DNA of 63,133 nt from Bispira polyomma (taxonomy: Eukaryota): the NCBI GenBank assembly GCA_965649765.1, contig OZ287759.1:15810001-15873133 (forward strand), in the 5' to 3' direction. Under the pieces are notes generated by a model that was given only the letters and a program-made list of their open reading frames with translations, was not told where the DNA came from and did not search any database. Shown in pieces: positions 24,601 through 37,184 of the stretch (the stretch's first letter is position 1; every line of letters starts with the position of its first letter). The position numbers were made by a program, and so were the translations under genes.

Positions 24601-27600
24601 CCTTCTATTTTTACTACTTTTTAAGAAATATTTTTTACACATATATAGTTTATGAAAATTGTGTAAGTGAATGCAAATATGAGCTTGAATGTGATGCTAA
24701 CCATGTTGGCTGAAACGTTTTGCATTCTAATGGACAAGTCACACATGCAAGAATCAGACCCACAATATGGATATGCTTGGACTTCCAAGAAGGCCATCAC
24801 AAGCGAGTTTAGAAAAGTCGTAAACATTTGTGGCAATCTTCACACTGGATTGGCTGTTTATAACATGCAACACTTGTGAGGGAATTTAAGGGTATTAAGG
24901 GTTGTTATTCTGGCCTTTCGGGGGGCTACAGTAGTTAGTGGTTGCTCCTAGTGGTTAGAAGTACCTGCTTCCCAACCACTGGTCTCTTACTAATGTGGGT
25001 TTGAATCCTGTTTGTAACTTTGACAATAGTTTACAATGCTTCAGCATGGGTTTGAAACTGGCTATTGTGATTATGACCTAAGATGTTGAAAATGACGTAA
25101 AACCCATATAAAGTCTAAATTCGAGCCTTTCTATCAAGAATAGTTGGCATATGTGAGTTTTAGTATACCAATCGACACTATTGTGAATTTCTTTTCACTA
25201 ACTATGTATCACCCTTAAGTATTCCTGTTTAGTCTTGGTTATTATAATTATTACTTTAACACAATCCCCCCTAAAAAATTGCCTTGTACTGTGTATCAAT
25301 GAACACTCTGCCTGACCCTAACAATTCATATCTCCACCTCACTACACATTGTAATATCAGTGTATATCAGCGCATTAACCACTAAGGCTTCGGGGGGTTT
25401 CTTCTTTAGCTCAACTGTTGCATTGGACTATTCATCTCAAGATCCGTAACAACCCAGGATCGAATCCCCGAAGAAAGCCTCTTTATAAATTTACAGCTGA
25501 GCCAAGTTATTTCTGTTGTTTACAGCATGCAGTATTGTGATTTTATGATTATTTAAAAAAACCTCTCTATTTGGCATCAATTTTGAACCCCGCCCCCACT
25601 CATCCTACATAATTTTTCCAGGAATAGCGACAGATTTCAATTATACTAAATTCTTAAATATTCTTACTCTTGTAGGTGTGACCAGGCCTTAAATTAAGTA
25701 GCACTATTCTTTTGCTAGCCATTATTATTAAAAAAAACAACAAAAAAAACCAAACTAGTATAGTGTCAAAAATGAAGTGACACTACGACAACTCTACCGA
25801 GATTTACTCTAACTCATGATTTATTGGCTGCACAAATTGTCATTTAGTGGCAGAAGTAATGAAGTTTGCTGTCACTCTGAAGAAACATCTAACAGGATGA
25901 GGCATCTCACATCGATACACTGCAGACATGTTTAAGAACCATGCCAAAAAACAGCTTTGTAGAAGTTGTTAGTTTCCTAGACAGTGAAAGTGAACTCCCA
26001 ATGTAAAGGTTAAAGTTTAATCATAATGCATAGCTTCTATGGTGACAGTAATAAGAAAATTCAGTATCGAGTTGTCATGAAGAGTAGAATACCTTAAACC
26101 ACTGAAACAGTGAAATACTACTATTACTGAGACTTGGCTATGTTTTTTGCACTATCTCTTGTTTTATCAATCTTTGATTGTTGTTCTTTTAAATATGCCT
26201 AGTATTAACTTTTTTGATACCCCAAAAACGATACCAAAACAGAAGGAAAGTTTCTGCAATAGGATACAGACAGCTAAAGTCACTAAAACACATCAAATAC
26301 TACTTCTGGCAATCAATAATGGCCTCACATATAATTGGTTGAACAAAGGAGTCTGCTGTACTAGCAATTTCTTACTACATAGAACTGAAGGAAAACAATA
26401 TAATATTTTCGGGGTGTTGGCAACCGACATAGCTTCTGGGAGTAACAAATGCTGTTGGCTACTTTTATTGGTTTTAAGGTTTTTCCTAAAACCACAACGT
26501 GTTTCTAGTGATCTAAGCTCAAGAGGGACACTATTCCATAACATAGCTGCATCAATTGAGACTTCTATATTACTATCTATAACAAACATAAATGAATATA
26601 AAAACACTACAAAAAATACATCAGATGACATGCTGAATTTTTACTTTTAACAAACAAGAACCAAATATGCTTCCACTAAATCAATTACATCTATGACATA
26701 GGTTACTGAAATAAAAACCCGTTTGGAGTTTGGTAATGCTGCACATCTTTCTCTGCAACAGCGACTAAAAGGGAAACTAAATGTCTAATTAAAACTGGCG
26801 TAGTTGTGAAAACTAGTCAAAATCCAAATTATGTATATAAGGACTGATGCTATTGATCATGTGGAAAATGTAAGAAAAACTCAAAACACATGTATCACTT
26901 TACTTTAGATTTATAATATGAATCTCTACTTTGACCAAATGTTTGAAAAAAGCTCAGTTGATTATTTTATTTGTTAGAATGAACTGTGTTGTCTAAGTGT
27001 GATATTTGTTCTACTTATTTAAAATAGCACCATAGAAATAGCTCTGATACTTCTCTTTCATTTGTGATATCAAATAAACTTACTATGTTGTATATTGAAC
27101 TCCATACTAGAATAGGAGCTAAGAAACATGTGTTCATTGCTATTCACAAATCGCACATATTAAATGCCACCTAATTCTGGTAATTTCCTCTTGATTTTTG
27201 AACTAATAAAAAACTCTCACTGATAAAATCAGTAGAAAAGGAGTGTTGCAAGTAGTATTGACATTGGTTTATATTAAGTGTAAGGGATGTCCGTGCCTGG
27301 CATAGGTAATAAATTAGATTTCTTGACTATCATATGAAATTGCCGAAAATTTAATGATAGACCCTTGAAATAAATGCTAAATGTGAGTTACTCTCATTAA
27401 ATACCAACAAATGAAGAGAAAATCCCAGATGATAGATTTAGATTTAAACAGTAAAGTTACTTAAACAATGCATTGCAGTAATATAAGCATATAAGCTTTA
27501 CATAAGAGTTGTCAGGTATCATCTATGCTATGCTGTGTTTATGAGTCTTTGCCACAGTGCTGTACGTCCCTCATGATGTGGGACTCAAACTTCTATTGCT

Positions 27601-29998
27601 TATTTCTGTTATAAAGCATAGTAGTCCTTGGACAAGTGACAGTCGTCAGAAATCAACGTGATACACTGGGATGGTCAGATTAAAAGAAACCTAAGTTACA
27701 GAAAATTCTGATTTTGGGCACAAACACTGAAAAGGATGCACTGGTTCTGAGCTGGGATTCTCAATGTCAACTCAGGCTTAAGCTCATACTCATCTCAAAT
27801 ATAGACTGTGTAAATTTTGGAAAAGGAAATCACCTGTACTTGTAACCACTTAACTTAAAATGGCTTTAGACACTGAATTCAAATATGAAGTGAGATTTTA
27901 GATATCTTTACTGTATTCAGAGTTACAGATAATTCAGATCTATATAGGTTTTTTGTTCATATGGGTATTCCTACTGATGTCTCGCCATACATAAAAAAAA
28001 ATCCTATTCATCATCAAATTTTGTTTATAATCCATGTCACCACTTTCAAAGCTGTTGCCTCTCAACAGTCCGGCCAGTTTGTAGTTCATCTGTCCATTAG
28101 GACCCTTCTGCTACCTCTTTGAAACCCACCAGGAAGGCTGGATTTTTAGCTTTCTCATTCGCTGCCCCAATGTTATGGAATAGTCTTCTAGTTGAGCTTA
28201 GATCACTGGAAACACTTTCTGGATACTATCAATCGGTGTAACTAGACCATAAGATGACTAGATCCTTTGCCTGTGTTCCTTCTATCTCTGTCTTTCCACA
28301 TATGACATCCATTAAGAATTTTATCTCTGGAAGACAAGCCTTTCTGCTGAAAAATAACAGCCTTTCCCTGTCATCCCCCCCACTAGGTCACAGATAATTA
28401 AACGGCTAAAAGAAAGTCGGAGTTTGTGACTAGAGTACAAAAAGTCAACAGACCTGTGGTTGTAATGTTGTAAATTTTAAGCTCAACTTTAAAGTCACTG
28501 GTCTGTATCTCTTACATGAGAGAATATGCATAAAATCTGATTGGCTGTCCATCAACCCCCACTGTGCCCCCTGTAGTGAACCAATGCTACACTTTAGTTA
28601 TAATTTTCTAATTTATCGCAATTGGTTATTCACAGCAGAAGAGGTTGCTTTAGAGTCACCAGGGTCAAGGTGACCACGCATTCGTAAAGACAACACAGGG
28701 GTCCAGTAAACATCTTTCCATTGTATCAGCAAATTAGGCTCTCCTGACCTTCATGTATTTAGAGATCGTGAACAGAACACAGACGGAGTTGTAGTCGCAT
28801 TAAAGGTAGTCGGGAATACACCTTGTATATAGGGCAATCGCTAAAGTTGCCCCTAAATTTATTCCAACCAGTGTACGACCAGTGCAAATTATTGGTTGCT
28901 TTAGATCATTTTGATCCGCCAGCAGTCGCTAACCAAAGTCGTAAAAGTGGGACAAAGCCTATATTAATAGGAAAATCTACAAGTGCCAGACACAAAGACA
29001 TTTTGTGATTTTTATTAGAAAGGCTGTGTTGATAGCTTTTCCCCACTCCTTGTGAATAGACAATTAGTATTTAGGACTACATTTAGTGTTGTGTGCCTAG
29101 CATTTTAACACAACTAAACACACTTAACATGACCAGAGATTTTACTTTTGTTGAGGAATCCTTCCCTTCTATTTTTACTTCTTTTTAAGGAATATTTTTT
29201 TACACATAAATATTTCATTAAAATTGTGAAAGTGAGTGCAAATATGAACTTAAATGTGATACTATCAATGTTGGCTGAAATGTTTTGCTTTTTAATGGAC
29301 AGGTCACACATGCAAGAATCAGACCCACAATATGGATATGCTTGGACTTCCAAGAAGGCCATAACAAGCGAGTTTTGAAATGTCGTAAACCTTTGTGGCA
29401 ATCTTTACACTGGATTGGCTCTTTATAACATGCAACACTTGTGAGGGAATTCAAGGGTATTCTTTGTTATTCCGGTCTTTCCGGGGGCTACAGTGGTTAG
29501 TTGTTGCTCCTAGTGGTTAGACGTACCTGCTTCACAACCACTGGTCTCTCACCAATGTGGGTTTGAATCCTGTTTGTAACTTTATGTGGGAAAGTTTGTC
29601 TTTCCGTAGGTTGGTGGTTTACAGTGCTTCATCATGGGTTTCTTCCACCATTAAACCTGGTCATTGTGGTTATGACCATAAGATGCTTAACACGACGTAA
29701 AACTGAACTAAAGTCTAAATTTGGGCCTTTCCATCGAGAATAGTTGGCATATGTGAGTTTCAGTATACCACTCAATGATATTTGTGAAATATGTTTCACC
29801 AACTATGTATCACAATGAGTATTCCTGTTTAGTCTTGGTTATTATAATTATTACTTTAACACAATCCCCCCTTAAAAATTGCGTTGTACTGTGTATCAAT
29901 AAATACTCTGCCTGACCCTAACAATTCATATCTCCACCTCACTACACATTGTAATATCAGTGTATATCAGCGCATTAACCACTAAGGCTTCAGGGGTT

Positions 29999-30080
29999 TC
30001 TTCTTTAGCTCAACTGTTAGTGCGCTAGACTATTCATCTCAAGATCCGTAACAACCCAGGATCGAATCCCAGAAGAAGCA
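29999..30080 (+). pseudogene. Degenerate stand-alone tRNA-like sequence, one per array unit (also 14120-14201, 25400-25478, 39953-40034)
   Basis: TAGCTCAACTGTTAGTGCG D-arm/A box, GGATCGAATCCC B box and a 6/7 acceptor stem (TCTTCTT/AAGAAGC). Anticodon and T stems are mismatched, so no isotype can be assigned. Confidence 0.55.
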
Positions 30081-31106
30081 AACCTCTTTATAAATTTACA
30101 GCTGAGTTATTTCTGTTGTTTACAACATGCATTATTGTGATTTTATGATTATTTCGAAAAACCTCTATATTTGGCGTCAATTTTGAACCCCACCCCCTAT
30201 CATCCTACATAATTTTTCCAGGAATAGCGACAGATTTCAATTATACTACATTCTTGGATATTCTTACTCTTGTAGGTGTGACAAGACATTAAATTAAGTA
30301 GCACTATTTTTTTGCTAGCCCATATTATTTCAAAAAAACCAAACTAGTATAGTGTCAAAAATGAAGTGACACTGCGACAACTGTACCGAGATTTAGTCTA
30401 ACTCATGATTTATTGGCTGCACAAAATAGTCATTTAGTGGTAGAAGTAAGGAAGTTTGCTGTCACTCTGCAAGAAACATTTAACAGGATGTGGCATCTCA
30501 CATCGATACACTGCAGACATGTTTAAGAACTATGCCAAAAACATAGGTTTAACAATATTCCTATTTCCACTCAAAAACAGCTTTGTAGAAATTGTTAGTT
30601 TCCTAGACAGTGAAAGTGAACTCCCAATGTAAAGGTTAAAGTTTAATCATAATGCATAGCTTCTATGGTGACAGTAATAAGAAAATTCAGTATCGAGTTT
30701 GGTGGGCTGACGCCTCGGCGACAGTCCCCTCAGTTCTGGCACCGGGCTACTGGGGGGCCAATTAGTCCACCTGGGGTCACAAGGACAAGTATATAAGGGT
30801 TTGGCGCCCAACAAGCGCCATCATTAAAACAAATACATTCTCTAAGAAAGAGTGTTTTAACAACTGGGGCTTTACTACCTTATGTTGATTTTAACTTTAG
30901 TTTTAAGCTTATTTTAAATATACCTGAAAATGCCTAAAAAGGAATATCAGTGTAATGGGTGTTTGGGCAAGCATGAAAGGCCTGTTGGAAGACGTTGTCG
31001 GTTTTACTTGGAGGACAGCGTCGCCGAGGAAGTGACCACGGTTGATCCAGCTTCTACCAATGGTTTGTCTGATTCTGTGTCTGTGTTCACCCAGCTCCAA
31101 TAAGGC

Positions 31107-31838
31107 ATGTACAAACCCTTCAGTATTAGTGTTGCAAAAGTATCTGAGCCAGTAATAGAAACCGTGATTCCATCCCTTGAATTTCTGCGTTCAAATGATC
31201 AAATACAGGCCCAGGTAGACCAGCGTTTAGTGCAGTTGCAGCAACTCAATGAATTTACCAGAGGTAAATTAAAGTCACAGCGTGGTGGTGCTGAGGCCCC
31301 TATTAAGAGAAGCGTTGATTGGCCTCAGAATTTTGTACTGTCGGGAGTGAAAAAAACCAGGCCCACGTACGATGATTTAATACTAGTGCAATTTACTTCA
31401 GGATTTGTTCGATGCATACAGGAGCAAAAGACTCTGGAAGTACGGGAAGCAATGCTTGAGTATCTTGCCAATTTGATGGACGACGCCCACGATTTCTCGT
31501 GGGAAGCAGCCAAGGCGTCTCACGCTATTTTGCTTACTAATATGGAACTTGACCGCCTTAAGTGGACGGACATTGACAAAGTAGACCGTGTCCGTAGAGC
31601 TCACGCTCAACGCCATATTCCAAACAGTACAAATAATTCAGGCGCTTCAAAGTCCAATTCCAAGCCAAAAGGTCAAGTTAAATCTCAGGGCGTCGTCTGT
31701 CGTTTTTTCCAGGAAGGAACTTGTAAGTTCAACACTAGCCACCGTACTTCCGGACAGTTGTTTAAACACTGCTGCGAAAACTGTGATGGGTCACATCAGA
31801 CTAAACTGTGTACGAAAAAATCACTAGTAAAAAACTGA
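31107..31838 (+). CDS. DIRS-like Gag (C-terminal portion) with a Cys/His zinc-finger region
   Basis: Open 243-aa frame with LKSQRGG, WPQNFV, YDDL...QF..GF, YL..LM.DA..FSW..AK..HA, CRFFQEGTC....H and HCC..C...H...C. Confidence 0.75.
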   Translation: MYKPFSISVAKVSEPVIETVIPSLEFLRSNDQIQAQVDQRLVQLQQLNEFTRGKLKSQRGGAEAPIKRSVDWPQNFVLSGVKKTRPTYDDLILVQFTSGFVRCIQEQKTLEVREAMLEYLANLMDDAHDFSWEAAKASHAILLTNMELDRLKWTDIDKVDRVRRAHAQRHIPNSTNNSGASKSNSKPKGQVKSQGVVCRFFQEGTCKFNTSHRTSGQLFKHCCENCDGSHQTKLCTKKSLVKN

Positions 31839-32304
31839 GTGGCCACTGCAGTACTGCAGTGGACCCAAAACGTCAAAATGATGTGATATATTCTAGATTG
31901 GTGTACCACTCTAACTTTAAAGATTTTAAATTGTGTGATAAATTGTGTGTTAAATATCTCATGTGTAACAAAAATGTGAAAAGGTCCTATAGGGACGTGG
32001 TAGTGGATGGGAAAAAAAGGTGATTCTCGAGTCCACACTAGCCGACCCATGGTGGGCGACATTGGGAGAAATAGCAGGGGACCAAAACCCTCTGTTAAAT
32101 GTAAACACAAAGCTGCCAACAAGTTGGCTGCGTCGAAAAAGAACAAACCAATGTTACAAAAAGGTGTGAAGTTCACACAACAAGTTTCCAATCAAGCCTA
32201 CCCCAAGGGGGGGGGGGGGGGGGGGCATGTCAATAACCATTCAATTAGCCAAGCTCCCCGTTCTGCTTATGTCACAAAAGGTGTGAACTCGGGAAAGGGG
32301 GACA

Positions 32305-33101
32305 ATGGAATGGGAAGTGGTGTTTATCAGTTGCCCTCTCCTTAATAGGTGTTCTGCGTTAAGCCATTGTGTAGACGACGTGGGGGAAAACTGTATTCAA
32401 AATGTCACTTTGGTAGAGCCTTTGGCCTTTAGTAAGACAATAAACCGTGTTGACAAGGTCAACAAGTGTGAGGGTGATGTTCGTTCAAATAGTACAAAGA
32501 AGTTGACTGATGGTCGCAGAACAAGCAAACTGAACTTGACGGACTGTGTTGACAAGTATTCGGACTGTGTTGACAAGTATTCATTAGACATGCATAAGCG
32601 CCCTGACAAAAGACAACAATTGAACAAAGCTAAGCAACATAGCACCTATAAATTGTGGGATGTGCAGAATGAAGGAAAGTTTGGGTTTATTCCATTGACA
32701 CAGTGGGACTCCCCTATTAATGATAACTCAGCTGACAAATTACCTGAACATACTTTGACTCTACACCAGTGTCTTGTGCTGGATGGTCGCCCTAACTATA
32801 GGGGCCTTCAGTTACCTGTTATTACTCAGCTTAATGCTAATGTGTGGGCTGAATACTTGCAGGGTTACTGGGATTGGGAACTCCCTTTGTTAATCAAGTT
32901 TGGATTCCCCCTTGATTGTGCTGACATACACGAGTTTAAGTCAGAACGTAATAATCACTCCTCAGCTGTACAATACCCAGAACACGGGAGCCACTATTTG
33001 CACGAGGAATGCCAATTGGGTGCGATGTATGGCCCTTTTGCCACACCTCCTGTTAACGAGTTACATACCTCCACATTTATGACCAGGGATAAATCCAGCT
33101 C
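32305..33101 (+). pseudogene. DIRS-like pol N-terminal fragment, cut just inside the RT start
   Basis: PNYRGLQLPV...LN...W..YL..YWD..L...IKFGFPLD, NHSSA, GAMYGPF. The last ~22 codons of the listed ORF are read-through into host array sequence. Confidence 0.75.
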
Positions 33102-36100
33102 GTTGACTGCTTGCCAACAGACATTGCCTCTGGGAGTAACAAATGCTGTCGACTGCTTTTATTGGTTTTAAGGTTTTTCCTTAAACCAGAAAGTGTTTCT
33201 ATTGAGCTAAGCTCAAGAGGGACACTATTTCATAACATAGCTGCATCAATTGTGAAAGCTCTAGATTCAGCCCTTTTAGTGGGTTTTACAGAGAAAATAA
33301 CAAATTTCTTTCACCTTTTTAGGTTACTAAAGGAAAGATAAGCAGCATTGTGGGGGTGGGGGAGGGGGTTTTGAAAGAGGTTACATGGATTTTTACCAAA
33401 ATTCGATAGTGACCAGGCAGTGTGTAAATTATACATGAACTTTTATCATACAGATATAGACATGTTTAGTACACAAAAAAAAATACTAAAAAATAACAAT
33501 ACTGGTGATGGTGGTAATTTAAGTGACCTATGATGACATATTAATAAAAAGTTCAATAAGTGCTATGTAAATTAATAATTTGTATTTAAATAACACATAG
33601 GTTGAGAGATCCAGATATTAAACTTTTTTATTTCTTAAGGTGCGAACACTTTCACAGTCACAGTTAAAATACCATAGAATTGAAATATCACTTTCGTCAA
33701 CATATTTGTCTGATGTATTCTGCATTTCTTATGAACTTGAGTGTTTTTCAGAAGGTAAATTGGCTCTTTTGGTGCATGCTAAATGTAAGTAAAACTCTAA
33801 TAGCACTAAATTAATACATATGATGGTATTATAAAAAAATGCAAAATATGATGTTAAAATTTTATATTTTTTGTATTGCTCTTGAATACACAAAGGAGGA
33901 CATTAACCTTCTAAATTTTAATGACTTTCAACAAAAAAACAAGAACTCAAAAAATGCTGCCGTTAAATCAATTATGTGTTTGACGGAACTCAATGTAAAG
34001 AATATGGAGAGCTTTTGTTATGCTACATATTTCTACAATAGCAACAAATTGAGAAAACTAAATCTCTATTTCAGGACTGGCAGAGTAGTAGTAAAAGCTA
34101 TGGCCACAGTGTAGAGTGTTTATGGCTGATTTTTCTTGTCACAATTCTTGATACTGATGACCTAATACATTTGTTAGATAGATTGATACTGATGTGTCTT
34201 AACAGTGAACAATCATTTGGGTGGTGTTCATAACAGATACATAATAGCATGAGAATAATCTTTAATTTTATGATATTCCCATATTTGATTAGAATAAAAA
34301 GTTATAACAATACAAGTGAAAGTTCTGTTAACTTAAATACACGTGTCCTTGGCATATACTGTTTTCTAGGGGCCCACTGCACTGGCCAGGTGGTTAGAAA
34401 GTGCCTGCTTCACAAACATTGGCTTCGTACCAATTTGGGTTTTTAATATCCTATTTATTCGATCATGTGGGAAATTTTGTCAGGTACTTGCAGTAGTTTG
34501 GTGGCTTTCAGTGCTTCAAGCACTGGTTTATTCTGCCATCAAATCTGGTGGTCATAAATAGATGCATTTAAATTTACACTGCAAATATAGTCAATCTGAA
34601 AATTAGAGTCACAATAGTAAATTGTCTGGTGACAGAAAAATTGTTGTCTTATCAATTTGCTTAATTAAGTTAAAATAAAATATCCACTTCTATTTTACTC
34701 TCTACAAAATAATACATCAGATGTCATGCTGAATTTAAGTTATTGTATTACCTTTTGTGTAAGAATAGGGACATTGACATTTAAATTCTGTTGACTTTTT
34801 AAAAAGAAGAACCAAATAGGCTTCCACTAAATCAATTACATCTATGACGTAAGTTACTGAAATAAAAACCTGTTTGAGGTTTGGTTATGCTGCACATCTC
34901 CACAACAGCAACTAATTGGGAAACTAAATGTCTATTTAAAACTAGCGTAGTAGTGAAAACTAGTCAAAATCTAAATTATGTATATAAGGACAGATGCTAT
35001 TGATTATGTAAATAGTTTAAGATAAACTTGTTACATTTATCACTTTACTTTAGATTTATAATACAAATCTCTACTTTGACCAAATTTTTTAAAAAAACTC
35101 TGTTGATTATTTTCTTTGTTATAATGAACCATGTCTGAGTGTGATTTTTGTTCTACTTATTTAACATAACACCATAGAAATAGCTCTGATACTTTTTTAT
35201 TATACCAAAATAAACCATATTGAAATATTACTGGAGTAGTAGTTGAGAAACATGAGTTTATTGCTATTCACAAGTCACACAAATTAAATGCTATCAAATT
35301 CTGGTAATTTCCTCTTGATTTTGGAACTAATAAAAAAACTCTCGCAGATACAATCAGTAGAAAAGGAGTGTTGCAAGTGGTATTGACATTTGTTTATAGT
35401 AAGTGTAAGGGATGTCCGTGTCTGGCATAAGTAATAGGTTAGATTTCCCGACTATCATATGAAATTGCCGAAAATTTAATGATGGACCCTTGAGATAAAT
35501 GCTAAATGTGAGTTGCTCTCATTAGAATACCAACAGTGAAGAGAAAATCCCAGATGATGGATTTAGATAGTAAAGTTACTTAAACAATGCATTGCAGCAA
35601 TATAAGCATATAAACTTTACATAAGAGTTGTCAGGTATCATCTATGCTATGCTGTGTTTTCGAGTATTTGCCACAGTGCTGTATGTCCATCATGATGTGG
35701 GACTCAAACTTCTATTGCGTATTTCTGTTTAAAGAACCTTGGTTAAAGAAAAATTTTGATTCTGGGCACTAACACTGAAAGGGATGCACTGGTTCTGAAT
35801 TGGGATCTTAATGTCAACTCAGACTTAAGCTCATACACATCTCAAATATAGACTATGTGTAAATTCTGGTATATAAAAATCACCTGTTCTTGTGACCGGT
35901 TAACTTAATAATAGCTTTAGAAACTGAATTTAAATATAAAGTGAGATTTTAGATATCTTTACTGTATTCAGAGTTACAGATAATTCAGATCTAAAAAGGT
36001 TTTTTGTTCATATGGGTATTCCTGATGTCCCGCCATACATTAAAAAAATCCTATTCATCCTCAAATTTTGTTGATAATCTATGTCACTGTCATAGCTGTT

Positions 36101-37184
36101 GCCACTCAACAGTCCGGCTACTTCGTAGTTCATCTGTCCTTCAAGAACCTTCTACTACATCTTTGAAACCTACCAGGAGGGCTGGATTTAGAGCTTTCTC
36201 AATTGTTTAAAATCTATGTCACTTTAATAGCTGTTGCCACTCAACAGTCCGGCTACTTCGTAGTTCATCTGTCCTTCAGGAACCTTCTACTACATCTTTG
36301 AAACCCACCAGAAGAGCTGGATTTAGAGCTTTCTCAATTTCTGCCTCAATGTTATAGAATAGTTGAGCTTAGATCACTGGAAACACTTTCTGGATACTAT
36401 CAATCGGTGTAACTAGACCATAACATGACTAGATCCTTTGTCTGTGTTCCTCCTATCTCTGTCTTTCCACATGTGACATCCATTAAGGATTAAATTTCTG
36501 GAAAGACAAGCCTTTCTGTTAAAAAATAACACCCTTTCCCTGTCATCTCCCCACTAGGTCATAGATAATTAAACAGGTAAAAGAAAGTCAGAGTTTGTGA
36601 CCAGAGTACAAAAAGTCAACAGACCTGTGGCTGTAAAGTTCAAAATTTTAAGCTCAACTTTAAAATCACCGGTCCGTATCTCTTACATGAGAGAATATGC
36701 ATAAAATCTGATTGGCTGTCCATCAACCCCCACTGTACCCCCAATTTGTAGTGAACCAATGCAACAATTTAGTTATAAATTTCTAATTTATGGAAATTGG
36801 TTATTCACAGCAGGAGAGGTTGCTTTAGAATCAACAGGGTCAAGTTGACCACGCATTGCATTCGCAAGAAACACAGGGGTCGAGTAAAAATCTGTCGATT
36901 GTATCAGCAAATTAGACTCTCCTGACCTTCTACTTAGAGAGCGTGAATAGAACAAAGATGGAGTTGTAGTCACATTAAAAGTAGTTGATAATACACCTTG
37001 TATACAGGGCAATCATTAAAGTTTCCCCTAAATTTATTCCAAATAGTGTATGACCAGTGCAAATTATTGGTTGCTTTAGATCGTTTAGATTGGCCGGCAG
37101 TCGCTAACCAAGGTCGTAAAAGTGGGACAAAGCCTATATTATTAGGAAAATCTACTAGTGCCAGGCGCAAAGACATTTTGTGAC

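Larger units (their letters stand above)
30700..33101 (+). mobile_element. Internal fragment of a DIRS-like (tyrosine-recombinase class) retrotransposon: gag plus start of pol
   Basis: GC-richer insert absent from the other array copies. It holds a gag-like ORF with a Cys/His finger, then the pre-RT signature KFGFPL...NHSSA..YP....YL.EE..LGAMYGPF..PP...LH.S.FMTRDK. No termini, RT core, RNase H or recombinase are retained. Confidence 0.8.

Noticed and set aside
26147-26650. 167-aa plus-strand ORF
   Set aside because: It runs across an antisense L2 fragment and a deletion junction, and is not open in paralogous copies.
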